Source: Pseudomonadota bacterium | Lineage (GTDB): Bacteria > Pseudomonadota > Gammaproteobacteria > Burkholderiales > Burkholderiaceae_D | DNA: 64,000 nt | Direction of reading: 5' to 3' | Assembly: GCA_040390485.1 (NCBI GenBank) | Contig: JAZJYH010000044.1 | Location: 698-64,697 of the forward strand | In this document: positions 1-10,429 of the stretch, one piece after another | Layout of the letters: each line of letters starts with the position of its first letter | Numbering within the stretch: the first letter of the stretch is position 1 | The notes under the pieces: model-generated | Told to the model about the DNA's origin: nothing | Seen by the model: only the letters and a program-made list of their open reading frames with translations | The model's database searches: none | Made by a program: the position numbers and the translations under genes

Positions 1-1
1 G

Positions 2-2314
2 TCGGAAAAGATCAGGCAGGGTCTGGGATTTCGCGACATTGAAGTATTAAACTACACCAGGCTGGGAGAGCCTTTCTGGCTGATGCTGGAAATACAGCCG
101 GTCTACGACCAGCATAAAAAAATTATCCATTTCATCGCCATCGGCACCGACGTTACCAAGCATAAGCAATTTGAAATTGCGCTGCGCATATCGGAATCCA
201 AATTTTCCAGCGCCTTCCGATGCGTTCCCGACGCTATCTCGATCACCCGCCTCAGCGATTCGAAGATAATGGAAATCAATGACAGCTACGAAAAAATCAC
301 CGGTTACGGCCGCCAGGAAATCATAGGCAGAACCTCCACTGAGCTGGGTTTCTGGGTGTCCCAGGATGACCGCAGCAACCTGGGCGAGCAAGTGCGCCTG
401 CACGGCACTGCCAGTGACCTGCCCGCCAAAATCAAGATCAAATCGGGTGAAGTGCGGGATTGCCTGTTCAGCAGCACCTCATTTTCCGTTGATGGCGAGG
501 AGTATTTTCTGTCCAGCGTGCGTGACGTCACGGAACAAAAGCGAATCGAAAAACAAAAAGGCGAGCTCGACCGTGCCCTGTTAAAACTGGTCCAGGGAGC
601 GCAGGCCAAGGACAGGGAAAATTATTTCGACATACTGGTGGCCGACCTGGCGTCCGCATTGGGCGTCGATCGCGCCTTCCTCGGCTTAAGAGTGCCGCAC
701 ACGCCGGACAAGCTGCACTCCATCGCCAATTACCAGCACGGGAAATTGACCGGCAATCACGAGTATTCCTACCTCGGCACGCCGTGCGAAACCATCATAT
801 CGGGAAAAATCACCGTCTTCGCCGATTCGGTAGCCGAGCTCTTCCCCAGGGACCAGGCCTTGCTGGAACAAGGCTGGCAGGCGTATGCCGGCGCCCCTAT
901 TCACGACACCATGGGAAATATCATCGGCGTGTTGACCGTCATGAATAAACAGGCGCTGGAAAATGCCGAACTGGTCAAATCCTTGCTTGAAGTATTCGGC
1001 GAGCGGGCTTCCACCGAACTGGAGAGAAAGCGCTCGGAAGAGGCGCTGAAAGTCAGCGAAAAAAGATTTTCCAATATTTTCAACAATTCCCCTACGGCGA
1101 TGACGGTTTCCAATCTCACCGATTATCGCATCGTTGACGTCAACAAGGCGTTTGAAACCCTATTCCTCAGGTCGCGCGCATCCGTGCTGTCAAAAACCGC
1201 GCTCGATGTAGGCATGTATCAAGATATCGCAGACCGGAACAAGATACTGAAGATACTGCGGACCACCGGCATACTCTCGAATTTTGAGGCCTGGATGTGT
1301 CGCGGCGACGGCAGCAAAGCCTTGATGCAATTGTATGGCAATATTTTTTCCGACCCCGCCGGGGAAACATTCATGATTGTCGCCTTTGAGGACATTACCG
1401 AGCAGCGCGCCATAGAGGACGAGATCAAGGCCCTGAATATCAACCTGGAGGACAGGGTCAACGAACGCACCGACTCCTTGCAACAAGCCAACCAGGCTTT
1501 GGCGGCGACGCTGACCACCCTCAATATGGCAAAGGACGAACTGGTCAGGAGCGACAAACTGGCAGTCTTGGGATCGCTGGTGGCCGGCATCGCCCATGAG
1601 CTCAATACCCCAATAGGCAATAGCCTGATGATCGCCACTACGCTGCTGGACCATACCCGGCAGTTGAGTAAAGACTTTTCCTCGGGCCTGACACGCTCCG
1701 GTCTGGCAGGCTATATAGAAAACACGCGGGATGCCAATGACATCCTGGTGCGCAACCTGCAAAAGGCGGCGGGACTGATTTCCAGTTTCAAACAAGTCGC
1801 GGTGGACCAGACCAGCTCCCAGCGCCGGAAATTCGACCTGGCGGAGGTGGTGGCAGAAATTGTGCTGACACTGTCACCGACGATCAAGAAAACCAGCTAC
1901 ACCATCTACTCGAACGTCGCCGAAGACATCAACCTGGATAGCTATCCCGGCCCTTTGGGACAAGTGCTGACCAATCTGATCAACAATGCACTGATCCACG
2001 CTTTTGACGACAGGCCAAGCGGGCAGATCAGCATTTCGGCCAAGATCATCTCCGATCAGTCCGTCATGCTGACTGTGCAAGATAACGGCGTCGGCATCCC
2101 GCCGGAAAACATCAAGCGTATCTTCGACCCTTTCTTTACCACCAAGCTCGGCGCCGGCGGTTCGGGCCTGGGCCTGAATATCACTCATAACATCGTCACC
2201 GGCCTGCTGGGCGGACGGGTGCAGGTAGAAAGCACGCTGGGCATAGGCACGACGTTTGCGCTCATGCTGCCCAGGAAGGCCCCTGTCGCAGCGGACCCCA
2301 AGCCCGAAACCTAG
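2..2314 (+). CDS. Multi-sensor (PAS/PAC, GAF) histidine kinase, 5'-truncated by the window edge
   Basis: Frame is open from position 2 (SEKIRQGLGFRDIEVLNYTRLGEPFWLM.., a PAC-like motif); PAS repeats, GAF-like segment (YLGTPCE..YAGAPI), H-box IAHELNTP, HATPase boxes LTNLINNA, DNGVGI, FDPFFTTK, GSGLGL. Confidence 0.92.
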   Translation, partial: SEKIRQGLGFRDIEVLNYTRLGEPFWLMLEIQPVYDQHKKIIHFIAIGTDVTKHKQFEIALRISESKFSSAFRCVPDAISITRLSDSKIMEINDSYEKITGYGRQEIIGRTSTELGFWVSQDDRSNLGEQVRLHGTASDLPAKIKIKSGEVRDCLFSSTSFSVDGEEYFLSSVRDVTEQKRIEKQKGELDRALLKLVQGAQAKDRENYFDILVADLASALGVDRAFLGLRVPHTPDKLHSIANYQHGKLTGNHEYSYLGTPCETIISGKITVFADSVAELFPRDQALLEQGWQAYAGAPIHDTMGNIIGVLTVMNKQALENAELVKSLLEVFGERASTELERKRSEEALKVSEKRFSNIFNNSPTAMTVSNLTDYRIVDVNKAFETLFLRSRASVLSKTALDVGMYQDIADRNKILKILRTTGILSNFEAWMCRGDGSKALMQLYGNIFSDPAGETFMIVAFEDITEQRAIEDEIKALNINLEDRVNERTDSLQQANQALAATLTTLNMAKDELVRSDKLAVLGSLVAGIAHELNTPIGNSLMIATTLLDHTRQLSKDFSSGLTRSGLAGYIENTRDANDILVRNLQKAAGLISSFKQVAVDQTSSQRRKFDLAEVVAEIVLTLSPTIKKTSYTIYSNVAEDINLDSYPGPLGQVLTNLINNALIHAFDDRPSGQISISAKIISDQSVMLTVQDNGVGIPPENIKRIFDPFFTTKLGAGGSGLGLNITHNIVTGLLGGRVQVESTLGIGTTFALMLPRKAPVAADPKPET

Positions 2315-2316
2315 CG

Positions 2317-4590
2317 TCAGGAGCCGGCTTTCCTTGGCCGCGTTTTTTCAAGCGCCCCGCGCACCTCGAAGCGCACCTGGTCCAGCACCTCTCCTTTGGC
2401 ATCGAGCAAGGATAGCGTATGCTTGCCCGGCCAGGGCATCCAGTCGTAGGAGTGATCCAGGCCGGCGGTCGCCGCCGGCAGCGCCTTTCCGTCCAGCAGC
2501 CAGCTTGCCTTGCCTGCTCCCAGCATGGAAAAACGTATGCGCTGGCGCTGCGGCGGAATGTCGGGATCCAGCGCTACCAGCATGCCGGCGGTTGGATAGC
2601 GTATAGACGCGTAGATCTCGTTTGACTTGGCGAGCCTGATCAGGCTCTGCTGCGTCCCGCTTAAAAAAATCTCATTTCTTGGCGCTTCCAGATTGGCTTC
2701 ATATTGAATTGGTTGCACCAGCACGCCGGCCGGCGGCGGTCGAGGCTGAAGCCGGCCGCTGTTGGCAGGAGCATACTGTCCATGCAGGAACTGCATCAGC
2801 TCCTGCCATATCGGTGCAGCGCCGGTGACGCCCGACACGTCCCACATCGGCGCGCCGGAGGCATTGCCTACCCATACGCCCACGGTATACCGGCCTGAAT
2901 AGCCTATGCACCAGTTATCCCGCATATCCTTGGAGGTGCCGGTCTTCACCGCAGCCCAGAAGCGCGTGGCCAAGGCATTTTCCAGGCCGAAAGTCACCGC
3001 ACGCGCAGCGCGGTCCGCCAGGATGTCGCCAATGATGAAGCTCGATGCGGCATCCATGACCGGCGTTTCACGTGCAGGCGCATCCGCGCTACTGGTGCGC
3101 ACCTGGCTGTATTTCCCATTGTTTGCCAGGCTGCGATAGGCATTGGTCAAGGCCAGCAGGCTGACGTCGGCACTCCCCAGCGCCAGGCTATAGCCGTAAT
3201 AATCGCCGGACTCCCTTAAGCGGAAGCCCAGGCTTTGCAGACGCCGGAAAAACGTTTCCGGCGTCACCGTCACCAACGTGCGGACCGCCGGGATATTCAG
3301 CGAAGAAGCCAGCGCGGTGCGAACGCTGACCAGGCCCTTAAACTGCTTGTCGTAATTTTGCGGTATGTACAGGCCGGATGCGGTCGGCAAGTTGACCGCC
3401 GAATCGTCCAGCAGCGAGGCTGCCGTCAGCCATTTCTTTTCTATCGCCAGCTCATACAGGAAGGGCTTCAAGGTAGAGCCGGCCTGGCGCAGGGCTGTCA
3501 CACCGTCGACCTGGGAGGCATCGGACAGGCTGCCGCTGGAACCCACCCACGCCAGCACGTCCCCGCTGGCGTTGTCCAGCACCACAATAGCGCCATCCTC
3601 TATATTCCTGTCCACCAGCGCCGACAACTGGCGTATCAAGGCATCCCTGGCAAAACCCTGTACCGCGGCATCCAGCGTCGAACGCACATTCTGCTCGCCT
3701 GCCGGGCCGGGCCGGCCAGCTGGGTTGGTTTGGGCAGGCAGCTTCAACAGGCTGCGCGCCAGGTGCGGTGCCAGTTGCGGACCGGCAGCGGTATTTAATT
3801 GCCCGGATTTTGCGTTCAACCGGGCAAAACGCAGCTCGGTAGTGCCTGCCAGGTTGAGGCAGTAAGCAGCGAGATTTTGTTCCTTCAGGATAGTGCAGGC
3901 GCGCTCGGCCACCTTGGCCGGCTTGGCATTCGGCGCGCGTATCAGGGCTACCGCGATAGCGGCTTCGACCTGGTCCAGGCCGCTGGGATGCTTGTCGAAC
4001 AGCACACGCGACAAGGCGTGCACGCCGACCAGTTCGCCGCGAAAAGCGACCAGGTTCAGGTAAGCTTCCAGTATCTGGTCCTTGCGCCAGCCCTGTTCCA
4101 GGACCTTTGCGATGAAAGCCTGGCTGATTTTTTGGCTCGCGCTGCGCGCCGCCGCTCGCCGGCGCAGGTCTTCTTCCAGCAGGCCGGCAAGCTGCATCGT
4201 GATGGTCGATGCGCCCCTGGTCCTGGTGTTCCACAAGTTGCCCCATGCGGCCACAGCGACGGCATTCCAGTCCACGCCGCCGTGCTGGTAAAAACGCTTG
4301 TCCTCCGACGCGACCAGGGCGTTCCTGAGAGCGGGAGAGACATCTTGCAGCTGGACCCAGGACAACTTGCGCTCTTTCGGGTTCAGGCGCAATTGGTGGA
4401 TGACAACGCCGTTCCTGTCATATAACAATGCATCCGAAGAACGGAACTCGAGCTGCACCTGGGCAAACGTCGGCACTGCCAATGCGGCGCCGGACGCCAG
4501 GCACAGGCATAGCGTCAGCAGCAGGCTTTTATAGTGGCTGCCGGACATGAACCTCAGGCTCATCGCCCTGGATTGCTGCTTGCACATCAC
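2317..4590 (-). CDS. pbpC: Penicillin-binding protein 1C (transglycosylase/transpeptidase)
   Basis: TG motifs SEDKRFYQHGGVD, RGASTITMQLA, ILEAYLN; TP motifs GSTLKPF, SLN, KTGTS; C-terminal BiPBP-like domain; overlaps the stop of the alpha-2-macroglobulin gene. Exact start uncertain (4590/4587/4563/4548). Confidence 0.93.
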   Translation of the reverse strand: MMCKQQSRAMSLRFMSGSHYKSLLLTLCLCLASGAALAVPTFAQVQLEFRSSDALLYDRNGVVIHQLRLNPKERKLSWVQLQDVSPALRNALVASEDKRFYQHGGVDWNAVAVAAWGNLWNTRTRGASTITMQLAGLLEEDLRRRAAARSASQKISQAFIAKVLEQGWRKDQILEAYLNLVAFRGELVGVHALSRVLFDKHPSGLDQVEAAIAVALIRAPNAKPAKVAERACTILKEQNLAAYCLNLAGTTELRFARLNAKSGQLNTAAGPQLAPHLARSLLKLPAQTNPAGRPGPAGEQNVRSTLDAAVQGFARDALIRQLSALVDRNIEDGAIVVLDNASGDVLAWVGSSGSLSDASQVDGVTALRQAGSTLKPFLYELAIEKKWLTAASLLDDSAVNLPTASGLYIPQNYDKQFKGLVSVRTALASSLNIPAVRTLVTVTPETFFRRLQSLGFRLRESGDYYGYSLALGSADVSLLALTNAYRSLANNGKYSQVRTSSADAPARETPVMDAASSFIIGDILADRAARAVTFGLENALATRFWAAVKTGTSKDMRDNWCIGYSGRYTVGVWVGNASGAPMWDVSGVTGAAPIWQELMQFLHGQYAPANSGRLQPRPPPAGVLVQPIQYEANLEAPRNEIFLSGTQQSLIRLAKSNEIYASIRYPTAGMLVALDPDIPPQRQRIRFSMLGAGKASWLLDGKALPAATAGLDHSYDWMPWPGKHTLSLLDAKGEVLDQVRFEVRGALEKTRPRKAGS

Positions 4591-7500
4591 TTCACGTTCA
4601 GGTTTGCATTCGGGTTTTCGCCAAACATTTCCGGCGCATACATTGCTTCGACCCGGGTCTGCGGCAGGTTGAACTCGCCGGCATTGTTCAGGCGCATCGT
4701 ATACGAGAGCTTGAATTTTCCTTTGGGTACAAATTGATAGTAACTACGGAAAGTCTCGAAACTTCTCTCCTCGTACGCGACCCAGGCGCTGCCGCCGGAT
4801 TTTTCTCCTTGGGTGGCGATCGCCGAATCGCGCCCCAGGCCCGATCCCAGCAGGCTGGCGCCGGCAGGTATCGGGTCGGACACCACGACCCAGGTCATGT
4901 CGGCCTGGGCATCGACTTCCAGCTCGACTCGCACGATGTCGCCGCGGCTATACCTGCCCTTTTCCTTTTGCTCAACCGGGGTCAGGGTTTTAAGGATACG
5001 GTAACCGCTGGAAAATGGCGTTTTCAAAGGCACCGCAGCCAGGCTCTGCAAGCTCACCCAGGGCTTTCCGCGCCCCTCGTGCGCCAGCTTCAGATTATCC
5101 TGGGGCGCCGCTGTCATAGCCGCCGGCGCTTTGGTCGGCCAGGGCAGCGCCAGCTTGCCGCCGCCGCTTGCACTCCAGGTATAAGCCTGGCTTGCATTTG
5201 CCAGCGCGGCCTTGGTCGTGCCGCTGACTTTTTCAGTCTCAAACTTTTGCGCAAATTTTTCCAGCGCCAGGGTGCCCCACACATTGGCCGTGGTCGACGC
5301 CCAGCGTCCGCGCTGCTGGCGCTGGATCGCACCATTCACGAGCTTGGGCATATCGTCGCGCCAGGCCGGATTGTCCAGCATCACCAGGATCAGCCGGTTG
5401 GCATTGGCGTCGCCATTCCACATCAGCCACCACCAGTAGTCATCGCTTTCGGTTGAGAATCCCATCCTGCTGCCCTGGTAGTTCAGGCGGGAGCGCAGAA
5501 CCTGGTCAGCCTCGGCCAGGTATCTATCGTGCTGCGGGATGCCGGCCGTCCTCTGCAAAATCGCCACCCAGTCCAGCAGCGTGGAAGTCGGCCACAGATT
5601 GGGGGCTATCTGTATCGATCCCAGCATGCGCGCCTGCGCCTGCCCATAGCGGGACAAGGCTTCCAGCGCCGCGATTTTCCTGGCGTCGAGGTCCTTCCTG
5701 GGAGCCCAGAAATCCCTGGTGATTCTTCCTTCGACGAAAGCGGCGAGCCCGCGCAACATCTTGTCGCGGCTTTGTTCGGGCAAGGCATAAGCCGTTTCAT
5801 GGCTAGTCGCCAAAATATAGGCGGTCAAGGTATCGCTGCCTAGCCGCGCGCTACTATCCTTGGGCGGATAGTAGTACGCCAGGCCGTCGCTATCCAGGTA
5901 AGTGGGCAGCTCGCTCGCCACCCTGTCCCACAGCGCGGTATCGCGCAAGCCGATGGCCCGCGATACCTTTTGCTCCAGGCAAACATACGGATAATCGGCA
6001 AAATAGCGCCGCAATCCCTCGCTAGGCCCGGCCAGGCTAGGCATCAGGGAAATGGCGAGGCCGCCGCGGCCGGGCAGACTGTCGGCCGGTTGCGCTACGG
6101 CCATCGAGGCCGCCTTATCCAGCTGGAACAGACTGGCCTGCTGCACCGTTACAGGGATGGCCGGCACCACGCGCTGACTGAACTTGAGCCTGTCCTTGGC
6201 CGCCTGCCCGCCCTGCTCCTGCGCACTAATTTCCCAGACCAGCTGCTGCGCATCGCCGCTTGCCGCGACCGGCGCTGTGACGCTCCAACTCAATTCGCGC
6301 GCCTCTCCCGCCGGGATGCTCAGGTTCTGGCCCGGCAATTCCAGCCCCAGGCCAGCCGCCTTGGCCGTGACCGCAAGCTGCATCGGGCGCGCCGTGGTAT
6401 TCCTGAGCGTCACCATTGCATTGTATTTGTCTCCTTCCCGCACCAGCGGCGGCAAACCGGAGATCAATTGCAGATCCTGGCTGGAGCGTATGCTGGTCGA
6501 CCCCGTGCCAAACAGGGATTCGCCGCTCTGCGCCACCGCGACTATCTTGAAGCCGGTCAGCGCGTCGTTCAGCGGCACCTCCAGTTGCGCCCGGCCGTTG
6601 GCATCCAGTTGCAGGTTTGGCTTCCACAGCAGCAAGGTGTCGAACAATTCGCGGGTAGCCGATTTGCCACCGCCGCCGCCTGCGGCGACCGCCTTGCGCC
6701 CATAGTGGCGTTTGCCGATTACCTGCATCTGCGCAGTCGCGGTCTCTATGCCGTAGCTGCGTCTCTGCAGCATTGCATTCAGCAAGTCCCAGCTGCCATT
6801 AGGCTGTAATTCCAGCAAGGCCTCGTCGACCGCCGCCAAGGCCACTTCGGCGCCGGCGGCCGGCTTGCCATTGGGTAGCAATACCTGCACGCTGATTTTT
6901 GCGCTGGAGCGTATCGGGTAAGTCGCCTTGTCGCTGGTGACGGTAACGCCGAGCTGGTTGCTTTCCACGCCGACCGCGATCTCGGCGATGCCGTACTTGT
7001 AGGCGGGCTTGGATAAATCCACCAGGGTCCCCGGCGCCTGGTATTCACGGAACTCGCTCCACCAGTTCAAGGGTTCTTTCCAGCCCCAGGTAAAGAAGGA
7101 ATACCACGGCACTTCGCGCATGCGGCCGCGCACCGCCAGCACCGACACGAACACGTTCGGGCCGTAGCCGGGCTTGACCGGCACGCTGATGCTGGGGTCG
7201 CGGCCGTTCAATTGCACTACCATGGTGTCGATGATGCCCTCGCGCTCCACCGCCACCAGCGCGGTCGCATAGCGGAAAGGCATCCTGACCTGGAACTTCG
7301 CCGTCTCGCCGACCTGATAGCGCTTTTTCTCGGGCAGGATGTCTATCCTGTCCTGGTTTTCGCCATCGAACCAGATTTCCCCCTGCCGCGTGACCCACAC
7401 CGAAGTCCTGGCCTGCGACAAATTGCCCTTGCCGTCCTGGGCCCTGGCGGTGATCTCGACATTACCGGACTCGCGCAATTCGACATCGCACAACACCAGC

Positions 7501-10370
7501 CCGCGCGCGTCGGATGTTCCTGAACACAGGCTGCCAAGATCCTTGCTGCCATCCGCGTTTTCATAGGCATAAAAACCGCCCACCATGCGCTTGCGATGCG
7601 AACTGGTTTGCTTGGCTACGCCACTGAATTCTACCTTGACGTCGGCCTGGGGCTTGCCGCCGGTATCCAGCGCCACCGCCGTCAGGGTCATTTTCTTTTT
7701 TACCGACACCCACTCCCCGGCCTTGACGCCTATTAGCAAGGCGGAAGGCCATACCGGCGTCACGGCAGACACGGTCTGTATTTCGCCATTCGGGTCGGCA
7801 TAGGTCATTTCGGACAATAGCTCCTGCGGCCTGCTGATAGCCGGTATGCCCTTGACCACGGTTTTGCCACTGCCGTTCTTGTCCAGGCTAACCGGCAACT
7901 TGTTGGCGACGATCTTCTGCTCTTCGTCATAAGGCCCAGTGGCGGCAAAGGAAAATCCCTCATAGGCGGGAAACGATACCCATTTGTTGCGCAGCAGGCT
8001 GGTGACCTCGACCGCCAGCCCGGATGCCCCGCCCCCGTTCAGGTAATTCAATTGCAGGTCCAGCGGTAGCTCTTTCGGCGTTATCTGGGCCTGCCTGGGC
8101 GGCGTGATGCGTCCTTGCAGCAGCGGCAGGCGGAATTCTTCCACCCTGAAGCTGCCGCTCATATGGCTATGTTCGTTATAGCGGTCTTCGCCGTCGGCAT
8201 TATTTTGTTCGCCGCCGTCATTCGTTTCCGACTTGGTCTCAGGTTTGATCTTGCCTTTGTCCAATACGATATCGTAACGCCCCAGCTTGGCTTGCCTGGG
8301 TATCGCGAATACGGTTTCGGCGGTGTTTTGCCCGCGCCAGCTCAAGGGAAACTGGAATTCCTGGTTGCTGCCCTGATGGATGATGCGGACCCGGTCGGGC
8401 AGCAAATCGGCCCTTTGCAATGCGAAGCCGTGCATGTTTTCCAACCGTATCACATGCTTCATCGAGACCGTTTCACCGGCCCGCAACAGCGTGCGGTCAA
8501 AGATGGTATGCGCCCTGACAGTAGAAGACTTGTTGGCGTCGGTCGGCAGATTGAAGCGGAAGGATTCTATGCCGCTGTTCCAGGAACTCAGTGCAAAGGC
8601 CATATCGGCACGGCCTTTTTCATCGGTTTTACGCGCGCTGACAAACAGGCCGTTAATCCGCTCTTCTTCCTCATTCTGATATGCGCAAGTATCCTCGATG
8701 GGCTTGGGCGATAGGGCGATCCCGGTCTTGCCGGTCACGCCGCGCCATAGTTCCTTGCCGCGGCAATCCGAGATGCGGACGTCGGCGCCCGCCACCGGTT
8801 TTGCGCCGTCCAGCGTGGTGACCCACACCGCCGCATTCTCCCGCCCCAGCTTGACATGCACCGCCAGGTTGGTCACCAGCGCACTGGTGCGCACATACAT
8901 GGGCACCGGCTTGTCCAGCAGGGCAGCCCCCAGGCGCCTGGATTCCAGCTCCACCACATGGAAACCCGGCTCGCGGAAAGGAATGCCTATCACTTCGAAA
9001 GGCCGAAACGCCGCGCCGGCTGCGTCCGAGGGCGCAGGCAAGTCCAGCTTGCGCGCGCCCGGTTCTTTTTCCAGCAAGCCTATGCTGCGCGTCTCCACCG
9101 ACTTGCCGGCTACCTGGACCCGACTCTCATGGTAGCGATTGAGTTTCGCCAGCCAGGCGATAATACCGGCGTCGCTGTCCACCTTGACGTCGGCCACTTT
9201 GCCGGGGATGGCCTTGCCGTTGGCGCTGCGCACCAGCAAGCCGCTTTCTACATTGCGCAGGGTGACCGGCAGGGTCGCATCGGCATTCAATTCTATGATG
9301 CCGAACGGGGCCGCCGGGAATTTGGCTAGTGGTGGGAAATCGGCGGTGGTGAATTTGAGCGGAAATTGCGCTGCATTGCTCAGCGCGCGGCCGCTTTCAT
9401 CCTGCAACTTGTTCGGTAAAATTATCGAGAACTCGGATTTCTCGGCAAACGGCGGCTTGAAGCTGACGCTGGAAACCATCTCCTCTTTATCGACTTTGGA
9501 AAAATCCGGCTTGGCCGAGCCCTTGCCGCCTTTTAAGACAATCTCTTCCGCCTGCTTGCGGCTGATGGCAGAACTGAACGACAGGCTGACGGAGGAGATA
9601 GGGGTGCAGGCGGCGTTCGCATTTTCACGCTGGCAACTGAAACTGGCGGCAAATGCCTTACGGGTCCTGAATTTGAAACTCTGGGGCAGCGTAGTGGAAA
9701 TGCCGGACGCAGTTGCTATACCCTTGTCCCACACCAGCCTGACCGCAGCCTCATTCGGGAAGCGCTGCTGGCACTGCACAATGGTGACGCGCTCAGCCTC
9801 GCCTTTGGACGTGAATTTTTTTAACAGCTCGGCCCGCAAGTCTGCGGCGACAAACTTCACCGGCACCCGTTCGTGCACGCCTTCGATTTCACAATACAGG
9901 TGCTCGCGCAGGCTGGCCTCGGTCGCCACGCCATTCTGGGTCAGGATGAAGGCTTGTTCTTCATCGATGTTCTCGCCCTGATACGGTTGTATATTAACCA
10001 CCGCCGGGCCGCCGGTATTGAACTGGAATGCGGTTTTGCCGCCAACGGCATTGCCGGCCAGGGTTTTGAAGCCCGGCTTCAGCGTGAAACTGCATTTTGT
10101 GCCGGGCGGAAGGTCGCGGACGAAATCGAAAATCCAGTTCTTGTCGTCGGCCCAGCGGGCAGTACCGGCCTCGGCGCAATGAATGTCAAACGGCGCCGGC
10201 GCCTTGGGGTCTCCAAACTGGATCGCAGGCTCGGAAAAACTGGCCCTGACCTGCCTCACCTGGGCTACCTCGCCCTGCGGAGAAAAACGGTTAATAGTCG
10301 CCGCACCAGCCTCCAGTTGTACCGACAAGCAGAGCAGACTACAGACGAGCGCCTTCATAAAACCGGACAT
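4587..10370 (-). CDS. Bacterial alpha-2-macroglobulin (MG2 family)
   Basis: 1927 aa; MG2 motif HTIFDRTLLRAGETV, thioester motif YPYVCLEQ, C-terminal VVVSDPIPAG..EAMYAPE; RBS AAAGGAG; paired with pbpC. Confidence 0.93.
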   Translation of the reverse strand: MSGFMKALVCSLLCLSVQLEAGAATINRFSPQGEVAQVRQVRASFSEPAIQFGDPKAPAPFDIHCAEAGTARWADDKNWIFDFVRDLPPGTKCSFTLKPGFKTLAGNAVGGKTAFQFNTGGPAVVNIQPYQGENIDEEQAFILTQNGVATEASLREHLYCEIEGVHERVPVKFVAADLRAELLKKFTSKGEAERVTIVQCQQRFPNEAAVRLVWDKGIATASGISTTLPQSFKFRTRKAFAASFSCQRENANAACTPISSVSLSFSSAISRKQAEEIVLKGGKGSAKPDFSKVDKEEMVSSVSFKPPFAEKSEFSIILPNKLQDESGRALSNAAQFPLKFTTADFPPLAKFPAAPFGIIELNADATLPVTLRNVESGLLVRSANGKAIPGKVADVKVDSDAGIIAWLAKLNRYHESRVQVAGKSVETRSIGLLEKEPGARKLDLPAPSDAAGAAFRPFEVIGIPFREPGFHVVELESRRLGAALLDKPVPMYVRTSALVTNLAVHVKLGRENAAVWVTTLDGAKPVAGADVRISDCRGKELWRGVTGKTGIALSPKPIEDTCAYQNEEEERINGLFVSARKTDEKGRADMAFALSSWNSGIESFRFNLPTDANKSSTVRAHTIFDRTLLRAGETVSMKHVIRLENMHGFALQRADLLPDRVRIIHQGSNQEFQFPLSWRGQNTAETVFAIPRQAKLGRYDIVLDKGKIKPETKSETNDGGEQNNADGEDRYNEHSHMSGSFRVEEFRLPLLQGRITPPRQAQITPKELPLDLQLNYLNGGGASGLAVEVTSLLRNKWVSFPAYEGFSFAATGPYDEEQKIVANKLPVSLDKNGSGKTVVKGIPAISRPQELLSEMTYADPNGEIQTVSAVTPVWPSALLIGVKAGEWVSVKKKMTLTAVALDTGGKPQADVKVEFSGVAKQTSSHRKRMVGGFYAYENADGSKDLGSLCSGTSDARGLVLCDVELRESGNVEITARAQDGKGNLSQARTSVWVTRQGEIWFDGENQDRIDILPEKKRYQVGETAKFQVRMPFRYATALVAVEREGIIDTMVVQLNGRDPSISVPVKPGYGPNVFVSVLAVRGRMREVPWYSFFTWGWKEPLNWWSEFREYQAPGTLVDLSKPAYKYGIAEIAVGVESNQLGVTVTSDKATYPIRSSAKISVQVLLPNGKPAAGAEVALAAVDEALLELQPNGSWDLLNAMLQRRSYGIETATAQMQVIGKRHYGRKAVAAGGGGGKSATRELFDTLLLWKPNLQLDANGRAQLEVPLNDALTGFKIVAVAQSGESLFGTGSTSIRSSQDLQLISGLPPLVREGDKYNAMVTLRNTTARPMQLAVTAKAAGLGLELPGQNLSIPAGEARELSWSVTAPVAASGDAQQLVWEISAQEQGGQAAKDRLKFSQRVVPAIPVTVQQASLFQLDKAASMAVAQPADSLPGRGGLAISLMPSLAGPSEGLRRYFADYPYVCLEQKVSRAIGLRDTALWDRVASELPTYLDSDGLAYYYPPKDSSARLGSDTLTAYILATSHETAYALPEQSRDKMLRGLAAFVEGRITRDFWAPRKDLDARKIAALEALSRYGQAQARMLGSIQIAPNLWPTSTLLDWVAILQRTAGIPQHDRYLAEADQVLRSRLNYQGSRMGFSTESDDYWWWLMWNGDANANRLILVMLDNPAWRDDMPKLVNGAIQRQQRGRWASTTANVWGTLALEKFAQKFETEKVSGTTKAALANASQAYTWSASGGGKLALPWPTKAPAAMTAAPQDNLKLAHEGRGKPWVSLQSLAAVPLKTPFSSGYRILKTLTPVEQKEKGRYSRGDIVRVELEVDAQADMTWVVVSDPIPAGASLLGSGLGRDSAIATQGEKSGGSAWVAYEERSFETFRSYYQFVPKGKFKLSYTMRLNNAGEFNLPQTRVEAMYAPEMFGENPNANLNVK

Positions 10371-10429
10371 ACTGTTCTCCTTTGGCCTGCTTCGGCAAGC
10401 CCTGCCGAAACTTCGCTAGCGCTGCCAGC

